Source of the DNA: the human T2T-CHM13v2.0 reference genome, Homo sapiens
DNA: 64,000 nucleotides
Direction: 5' to 3' (one strand)
NCBI RefSeq assembly: GCF_009914755.1
Contig: NC_060936.1
Numbering within the stretch: the stretch's first letter is position 1; every line of letters begins with the position of its first letter. The translations under genes were made by a program, and so were the position numbers. Positions 55,236-64,000 of the stretch are shown piece by piece. The notes beneath the pieces were generated by a model, which was given only the letters and a program-made list of their open reading frames with translations, ran no database searches and had not been told where the DNA came from.

Positions 55236-55367
55236 CTTTTTTTTTTATTATACTTTAAGTTTTAGGGTACATGTGCACATTGTGCAGGTTAGTTACATAT
55301 GTATACATGTGACATGCTGGTGCGCTGCACCCACTAACTCGTCATCTAGCATTAGGTATATCTCCCA
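55236..55367 (-). mobile_element. L1PA2-like 3' end, heavily 5'-truncated
   Basis: Reverse complement has ctagatgacGAGttagtgggtgcagcgcaccagc...actaacctgcacaatg...cttAAAgtataat, i.e. L1PA2 rather than L1HS-Ta (ACA/G) diagnostics. Confidence 0.9.
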
Positions 55368-55370
55368 TGT

Positions 55371-55789
55371 TGTGTTAGTCCATTCCTGCATTGCTATAAC
55401 AAAATACTTGAGACTGGGTAATTTATAAAGAAAAGAGGTTTAATTGACCCACGGTTCTGCAGGCTGTACAGGAAGCATAATGCAGGCATTGCTTCTGAGG
55501 AGACCTCAGGTAGCTTCTAATCATGGTGGAAGGTAAAGAGGGAGCAGTTATCTCACATGGCAGGAGCAGGATCAAGAGAGAGTGGCGGGGAGGTGCTGCA
55601 TGCTTTAACAACCAGATCGGTCACAAGAACTCACTCACTGTCTTGAGACAGCAGCAAGGTGTTGGTGCTAAACCATTCATGAGAAATCTACCCCAGGATC
55701 CAATCATCTCCCACCAGGCCACACCTCCAACACTGGGTATTAAGATTTGACATGAGATTTGGGTGGCAACAGAGATCCAAACTATATCA
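55371..55789 (-). mobile_element. MSTA solo LTR
   Basis: tgtgttagtccattcctgcattgctataac...catgagatttgggtggcaacagagatccaaactatatca. Confidence 0.92.
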
Positions 55790-55801
55790 TTTGATGCTTT
55801 A

Positions 55802-55976
55802 TATATATATATATATAGATATATAGATATTTTTATTATACTTTAAGTTCTAGGGTACATGTGCACAATGTGCAGGTTTGTTACATATGTATACATGTGC
55901 CATGTTGGTGTGCTGCACCCATTAACTCGTCATTTACATTAGGTATATCTCCTAATGCTATCCCTCCCCCCTCCCC
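55802..55976 (-). mobile_element. L1PA4-like 3' end with tail turned into (TA)n
   Basis: ttctagggtacatgtgcacaatgtgcaggtttgttac...cattaactcgtcatttacattagg. TSD tgatgcttta at 55792-55801 and 55977-55986. Confidence 0.9.
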
Positions 55977-56039
55977 TGATGCTTTAACCAGAGAGAAATA
56001 TTTGCCTGTGTCTTCACTGTATATCTGGTAAACATCTGC

Positions 56040-56300
56040 TCATTTCTCAAGGTTCCTCCATGCCATTTTTCAGGAAGGTTCTCCTGGCCTGACTTCTCCC
56101 AGGCAGATCGACACCTCCCTCCTACGTTCCTAGTGTATCTTGTATAAACTTCTCACATAGCGTCTTTAACACTTCATTATCCATACTTATGTCCATGTCT
56201 CCCTTTCTTTACTAGATTGTAAGAGTGGAGAATATGTCTTTTCAATTTTTATTTTGAATCTTCAATGCCTAGAACACTGCCTCAAACTTATAGGACCCCT
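56040..56300 (+). mobile_element. L2 3' fragment
   Basis: tcctccatgccatttttcaggaaggttctcc...actagattgtaag...atgcctagaacactgcct. Confidence 0.6.
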
Positions 56301-56499
56301 CAAAACACAGTAATGTTTTGGATGTTTTTAAGTAAACAAAGAGAATATTTTAGAAATGTTCTTTTGTAATAATATTTCATATTCTGAAAATCCCAGAGGA
56401 AGGTTGTCTATTTATTAGCAGATGCCCACACTACTTCTTCCATATTGGTAGATATGATCATGATAATATATGTGCTGTATAACTGATACATTATAAGGC

Positions 56500-56680
56500 A
56501 CTGGCTGTTCTCAATATTTACAGTTCATAAGAATTACCTGAGATTGTTAAAAAGGAGGAATCCTGACTCTCATCCCTACAGACTCCGGCTTAGTAGATCT
56601 GATATGGGACCCAGGAATCTGCATTTCTAACAGTGTCTCTGTTGCTTCTAAGAGCACATTCCAGAAACAAAAATTTTGAT
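56500..56680. mobile_element. MER5-like hAT fragment
   Basis: agaattacctgaga...agtagatctgatatgggacccaggaatctgcatttctaaca. Confidence 0.65.
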
Positions 56681-56728
56681 CAACCTAGATGGAGTTAATG
56701 CTTGTGCTTCAACAAAACATACATATAA

Positions 56729-57218
<490 letters not shown>

Positions 57219-57901
57219 TTCCTCTTTCATTTCTATTATCTTTCTTCTTTTCTAACAAAGGATGGCTCTTTACAAACATTGCTAGCCAATCTGAGCATCC
57301 CTTTCCTTTCATGTTAAATACTAATTTATTTCAGTGCACAAAATGTTCTAATCTACTGTGCTTGTCCAGATATTTTTTTTGATGACTGATAATGAGTGAC
57401 TGATTTGTCTCTAAAGGAAGTGTTTCATTGTGAGATGAAGAGGAAAATATGAGGAATAAAAAATACTTTGAAGTCTTCAGTTTCTTGGGTGGCCATTGGA
57501 AAGATGGTTTCTATATTGCTAATTTTAAAGTAAGATATTTTTAGTCAACCAAATTCTCAATGTGGCTGCAAAATGAAGCATAATTTATGTACAAACTAAG
57601 AGCAAAGGCCACTTGCTGTAATTTTTACATAACTGTTATCAAAAATTGATGCATTATTTTATAATATTAACTCTTCCAATGACTTTTTAGTCCTAGATAC
57701 TTTTCTCAAATAGAAATTATATTATGATCCAGAATTTTGAATATAATTTGAAGTTACATTTTCTTCCATTTGTTAAATTTTACATTAAAGAGAACTTATG
57801 GTATATTACTCATACTATGCTTTCATTTTGGAAGTCAAAATTGTACCACTAAGACTCTCTATTAACATTTCTTAATTAACTATTGGGTTTCTGGCAAGCT
57901 A

Positions 57902-60306
57902 TGAGCATACCTTGTAGCTTTTGTGGGTTTAGTTCCAGACCACTGCAATAAAGCCAGTATTTCAATAAAGAGAGTCACACACATTTTTTGATATTTCAAT
58001 GCTTATAAAAGTGATGTTTACACTGTACTGTAGTCTATTAAGTGTGCAATAGCATTATGTCTAAGAAAATGTACACTCCTTAATTAAAAAATACTTTGTT
58101 ACGAAAAATGCTACTAATTGTCTGAGCCTTCAGCCAGCCATAATCTCTTTTTGCTGGGAGAGGGTCTTGCCTAGATGCTGATTTCTGAAGACTGATTTAG
58201 GGTGGTGGTTGCCAAAGGTTGGGGTGGCTGTGGCAATTTCTAAAAAGATGACACTGAGGTTTGTGAGATCAGTTGACTCATCTGTAGCATGCAATTCTGT
58301 TTTATAGCCTTTTACCCACAGTAGAACTTCTTTCAAAATTGGAATTGATCTCTCAAATCTTGCTACTGCTTTATTCACTGAATTTATGTAGTATTCTGAG
58401 TCCTTACTTGCCATTTCAACAATGTTCACAGCATCTTCAAGAGGAGGAGATTCTATCTCAAGAACCACTTTCATCCATAAGAAGCAACTCCTCTTCTGTA
58501 ACAGTTTTATCATGAGATTATAGCAATTCAGTCAAATATTCGAGCTCCACTTCTAATTCTATTTTTCTTGCTATTTCTACCACTTTTGCATTTATTTTCT
58601 CCACTGAAATATTGAACTCCTCAAATTCAACTTCTTCCAAACTCCTGTTAATACTGATACTTCGATTTGACTTCCTCCCAAATGTACTCAATGACATCTA
58701 AAATAGTAAATTCTTTTCAAAAGATTTTTAACTGATTTTTTCCCAGATCCATCAGAGGAATTAGTATCTATGCAGCTAAAATCTTATGAAAGGTATTTCC
58801 TAAATAAAAAAAACTTGAAAGTCAGAATTACTCCTTGATTCATGGCTGCAGAATGGATGTTATGTTAGCAGTCATGAAAATAACAGCAGTCTCTTCATAC
58901 ATCTCCCCCAGTGCTCTTGGGTGACCAGGTGCATTGTCAATGAGCAGTAATATTTTGAAAAGATTGTTTTTTTTCTGAGCAGTCAGTCTCAACAGTGGGC
59001 TTAAAATATTTAGTAAACCATGCTGTAAACAGATATGCTACATCCAGACTTTGTTGTTCTATTTACAGAGCACAGGCAGAGTAGAGTTAGCGTAATTCTT
59101 AAGTGCCCTAGAATTTTCAGAATGCTAAATGAGTATTGGCTTCAGATTAAAGTCAGAAGCTACATTAGCTACTAACAAGAAAGTCAACCTGTCTTGAAAT
59201 TTTGAACCCAGGTGTTGACTTCTCCTTTTTAGCTCTGAAAGTCCTAGATGGCATCTTTTTCCAGTATAAGGCTGTTTCGTTTACGTTGAAATTATGTTGT
59301 TTAGTGTAGCCACCTTCATCAGTGAGCTTAGCTAGATCTTCTGAATAACTTGCTGCAGCTTTTACATCACCACATCCTGCTTCACTTCACATTTTTATGT
59401 TATGGAGATGGCTTCTTTCCTTAAACCTCATGAACCAACCTCTGCTAGCTTCCAGCTCTTCTTTTAGCATTCATACAATGGAAGAGAGTCAGGGCCTTGC
59501 TCTGGCTTAGGCTTTGGCTTAAGGGAATGTTGTGGCTGGTTTGACTTCTATCAAGGCTACTCAAACTTTCTCCATTATCAGCAATAAGTCTGATTGTCTT
59601 TCTTATTTGTGTGTACACTAAAGTAGTACTGTTACATTTTTTCAAGAATTTTTCCTTTATATTCACAACTTAGCTATTTTGCCAGGAGCCCCAGGTTTTT
59701 TCTTAGCTTTCCACATAGCTTCCTTACTAATCTTAATAATTTTTAGCTTTTGATTTAAAGTGAGAGATGTGGGACTCTTCCTTTCAATTGAACACTTGGA
59801 GGCCATTTTATTTGACTTTTTTCCCAGAACCATCAGAGGAATCACTATGGCAGCTAAAATCTTATGAAATCTTATGAATCTTAGAGGCCATTGTAGGGTT
59901 ATCTGAACTAATTTCAATATTGTTGTCTCAAGGAATGGGAAGGCCTGAGGAGAGGGAGAAAGATGGAGGAATTAGCCCTTGGTGGAGCAGTCAGAACACC
60001 TATTGATTAAGTATCAATTAAATCTTACGTAGGTGCAGTTCATGGCACCCCAAAACAATTACAATAGTAAAATCAAAGATCGCCAATCACAGATCACCAT
60101 AACACATATAATAATAATGAAAAAGTTTGAAATATTGTGAGAATTACCAAACGATGACACAGAGATAAGAAGTGAGCTCATGCTGTTGGAAAAATGATGC
60201 CAGTAGACTTACTTGACACACGGTTGCCACAAAACTTCAATTTGTAAACAAATGTAATGTCTGTGAAGTGCAATAAAGTGAAGTCCAATAAAATGAGGTA
60301 TAGCTG
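57902..60306 (-). mobile_element. Tigger1 near full-length, transposase inactivated
   Basis: Both ends flanked by TA (ta|tgagcatacc... and ...gaggtatagctg|ta). ORF remnants MASKCSIERKSPTSLTLNQKL, QTSHNIPLSQSL and [13 protein letters not shown]. Confidence 0.95.
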
Positions 60307-61347
60307 TACTGATAAATTTCCACTGAATATGGAAATCTAATATCTGATCTAAGGTGGTAGATATGAATATAGTGACTGGTATTCATTTAAGATATTTTTT
60401 GAGTACAGACTTGTAAAACAATGTTACAACTGTTTTTACAAATATTATTTATTCATATTGTCCTCTATTTCTAAAAAGAATACTGCAAAACCAAGGAATT
60501 TCTTATGGGTTCTTGCAAATATACAGGTAGAGACAATCTTGCTGTTCTCAACAATTATTTTATCTTTTTAGATTTCATAGTGTAACTCACACATAAGCTA
60601 GTTATTTCTACTTTTGAATTTTAAATTCAGCCTTTTTCCACATGCTTTGGAACCTCTTCTAGAAGAAGACACTAATACTTATATTGCTAAAAATATCACT
60701 CTGAGGTGTAATATCTTAGTTAAATTCGGCTTCACCTCAGCATCACTATTTCTACAGCTATCCTTTAAACCTGTCAGAGAGAGGAATCTCTTCTCTTTCA
60801 TATTTCTAATCCCTCTACTGGTGCTGTGGATCTCAACTTTCCACAACATGAAGGGAAATTTTCTCTTGTGCTCAGAAGTTTCTACTCCAGAAATTTCAGT
60901 CTTTCCCTGTCAATTCTAGAATTCTCCTGCCTTCAAACTTTTGGGTTATGTTTCTCTACTAACTTTTCTAGCTATGTTTTTCTTTCATTTTTCTCTTCCC
61001 TTTTCAGAATTACTGGTCTGTAGTTTCAAAATCTCTTCCACCCAATTTATTGTAGAGAAAAAGTAAAGCCAATTTTGGTCAAGTCTTCTTTCTCCTCTTG
61101 GGTTCTGGGTTATATCCCTTCACATTTTTAGGGACCTCACTGTATTCATTATCACTTCTTCCTTGTATCCTAAACCTTACCCTCTTTATTGACTTCCTGA
61201 TGTCAGGATTTATGCTTGGCTAACTCTCTTTATCTTAAAAACAATGCAGAAGAAATTAAACAAACGAAAACTCTCCTTAAACTTTTGCACCCCCAACTAA
61301 TGACCACAGTCATTTCTCCTTCTTCTCTTTTGTAGCCAAATTTCTTT

Positions 61348-61706
61348 CTTTCTTTGTTTCTTCTCCTCCTCCTCCTCCTCCTCTTCCTACTCTTCCACCT
61401 TTTCTTCTTTTTTTAAGAGACAGGATCTTGCTCTGTCTTCCATGCTGGAGTGCAGTGGTATAATTAATAGCTCACCATAACCTCAAACTCCTGAGCTCAA
61501 GTGATCCTCCCATCTCAGCTTCCCAAGTAGCTGGCACTACAGGCACTTGCCATTATGGCTAGCCTGTTATTTTTCTTTGTAGAGAAGAGGTCTTGCTATG
61601 TTTGCTATGTTTCCCAAGCTGTTCTCTAACTCCTGGCCTGAAGTGATTGTCTTGTCTCAGTTTCCCAAAGTGTTGGTATTACAGGAGTGAGCCAATGTGC
61701 CCAGCC
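61348..61706 (-). mobile_element. AluJ with tail decayed to (CTT/CCT)n, inside an L2 fragment
   Basis: agagacaggatcttgctctg...ctcctgagctcaagtgatcctcc. TSD ccaaatttcttt at 61336-61347 and 61707-61718. Confidence 0.9.
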
Positions 61707-61989
61707 CCAAATTTCTTTAAACATTCATCTATGCTTACTTCACGGTTCTTTGCCTTGAATTCACTCTATACCTCTGAAATCTGCTTTTTATTATTTTATT
61801 AAAGCTGCACTTTACTAGGTCACTAAAATATCCTTATTTCATAAATTGTATGAATACTTTTCAGATGTTATCTTACTAGACCTTTCATCACTAATTAACA
61901 CTGTTCAATTTTTCTTCTTGGAAAAAACTTTTGATAGTTTGGATTTGTTTTTCAGCAAATTTTCATTTATCTTCTATTCCTACTGTGAT

Positions 61990-62405
61990 AGAGCATACTG
62001 CCATGTCAGTTGATGTTGTGCTAGGCCATATGATTTTCTGTGACCAATGTAATAGTAGTGGATAGGAACTAAGTAGAGGTTTCAAATGTGTATCTGCTAT
62101 TTTATTTTATTTTATTTTATTTTTTTACTTAAAGACTAGTGTGATAGTAATGCTTGGTTCTTATACTCTGTCATCTGCCTTGAGAAGCACATATGCTAGG
62201 AACCTGCTGATCCAAGGTGGATGTGGAGAGATCTGAGCAGAGTTGAACTCAATACAAAGCTTAGAGCAAGCCCAACCAACCCCATAGCCTAACGTGTAAC
62301 TGGCCCAGTCAAACTGTGGACCTATGAGCAAGAAAAAAATAAATGCCTGTTGTAATTTGGGAATGTTTATTTTGCAGCATTATCAGACAATAGCTGATTG
62401 ATATA
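61990..62405 (+). mobile_element. Old MLT1 (J/K-like) LTR
   Basis: ggccatatgattttctgtgaccaatgtaat...ttttgcagcattatcagacaatagctgattgatata. Confidence 0.55.
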
Positions 62406-62476
62406 ACTCAATTCCTAGAAATTTAATAAAACCATCTTCTGGATTTTTCTTTTAAATTTCAGGAACCATTGTAATA

Positions 62477-62818
62477 TGCTATTGTTTGGATGTTTGTTCC
62501 CCAAAACCTCATTTTGAAATTTAATTCCCAATGTTGGTGGTGTAGCCTAATGGAAAATATTAGGGTCATCAGGGAGGATCCCTCATGAACGGCTTGCTGT
62601 CATCCTGCAGGTAATCGGGGGATGTGAGTTATTTCTTAATTCCCATGAGAGCTGGTTGTTAAAAAAAAGTCTGGCACTTCCCTTAGCACTCTTGCTTGTA
62701 TTGCTATAAAGGAATACCAGAGGCTGTGTAATGTATAAAGAAAAGAGGTTTATTTGGCTCATGGTTCTGCAAACTGTGCAAGAAAAACACCACTAGCTTC
62801 TGCTCCTGCTCAGGACCT
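62477..62818. mobile_element. MSTB-like LTR, 5' half on + (62477-62696) and 3' part on - (62696-62818)
   Basis: tgctattgtttggatgtttg...gagctggttgtt...ctcttgct followed directly by antisense tgtattgctataaaggaatacc...aagaggtttatttggctcatggttctgc. Confidence 0.8.
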
Positions 62819-64000
62819 TATTTTTGCATTCATTTCAAAACCAAGTACATTCCATTAAAAAGTTTTTAAATGAACTGAGCCTTTTATTTTGAATCCTATA
62901 TCATGGCTTTTTTTTTTTACTGCTTTCTCAAAAATATAATTGAAGTGATTTATGTCATCTAGAGGAGTATTTTTTCTCCCTCAAGTCATGGATTGATATA
63001 GTTCATGGGAATAGTTACAGGGATTTATTGAGCAGAAATTTAAATAAACTTGATGTTGGACAAAATCAATACTGTCATACTGAGGAGCATTTTATCATGG
63101 TTGTTATCATACTTGTTTATATTATACTAAATAAAGTATATATATATATATTTAAATGCAGAATAAACTTACTCAGTGATTTCTGTTTCTTTATGCTAAT
63201 AACCTATTGATTATTTGGAATATTATCATGGGTTGATTTTTCTATTTATATAGAATGACATAACACATATAAATGCCCCCCACACACCATAAAAAACATT
63301 TGACTAATGAAAGTGCTAGAGAAGTTGGCTGTAGATGTAATATTTTTAAGGTCCTATCATGTTAAAAATATGCCATAAGGCATAGGAAAAGAAAGTCAGT
63401 ATTTAGGGAGAATGAAGGAACTCTATATGTTCCCAATACAATAAACAAAAAAGTAAATGAAATGTCCAATCCAAAACCCCTGTGCATTATTACTATGAGA
63501 ACCACTGAAAAATAGAGTCATATGTCTTTTCCACATTTAGTGCTTTGGTCAAATCTATTGTTTAATGACAGAATCATACCTTTTTCCCCTGTATTATGAA
63601 ATTACGCTCTTCTCTATTTCTCACTGCTAAGAGGAACAGGATTAGGTCAAGTGACCTCCCTGGTGGATAACTGGGATTCTGCCGATCACTGGAAAGATCT
63701 TATTTTATTCTTTGACTATCTATGTGGTGTGAGATGGGAATGATTACCAGCTGTTTTATTTTTTGTTTGTGTTATTCAGAAAATAGCATTCTCTACTTAA
63801 AGAACTTACAATTGGAAGTTGACTTAGCATCTTGTCTGTTTGAAAATTCTTCACAGATAGACACATATTAAAGATTTTTGGATTTTCAAAAAGCAGATTT
63901 TCACTTTAAACATTAATAAACTCAAGAAAGTCAAGCAGTTTGGGCACTTCATGAAGAAAAGTGGAACAGTATGTGTGTTTCTGGAATCAATGGGTTGCTG

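Overview
This is primate, most likely human or great-ape, nuclear DNA (AluY, L1PA2/L1PA4, THE1D, MSTA/B/D, Tigger1, MER33, MER58A, L2, MIR, L3). It is AT-rich and largely made of interspersed repeats. No complete protein-coding gene is present: the listed ORFs are transposon remnants, Alu read-throughs, GC-rich CpG-island ORFs or chance ORFs. The one clear genic landmark is a CpG island (~41.8-43.5 kb) with CCAAT, GC and ETS boxes and a plausible + strand first exon ending at a donor at 42285/42286. The sequence downstream looks like a large first intron with one candidate 33-nt exon (54803-54835). I cannot name the gene. I found no evidence of a new enzymatic or defence system. The most unexpected structure is a pair of near full-length Tigger1 transposons (14075-16433 +, 57902-60306 -) in inverted orientation around the promoter. 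They share several apparently private mutations, including a nonsense codon and a frameshift, but no flanking sequence, which points to local hopping or gene conversion. Other notable items are a templated insertion in one Tigger1, an intact THE1D provirus with DUX4-type motifs, a TSD-less young L1PA2 and several local duplications or inversions. Repeat family names and consensus comparisons come from recalled consensus sequences, not from a search, and boundaries of old elements are approximate.
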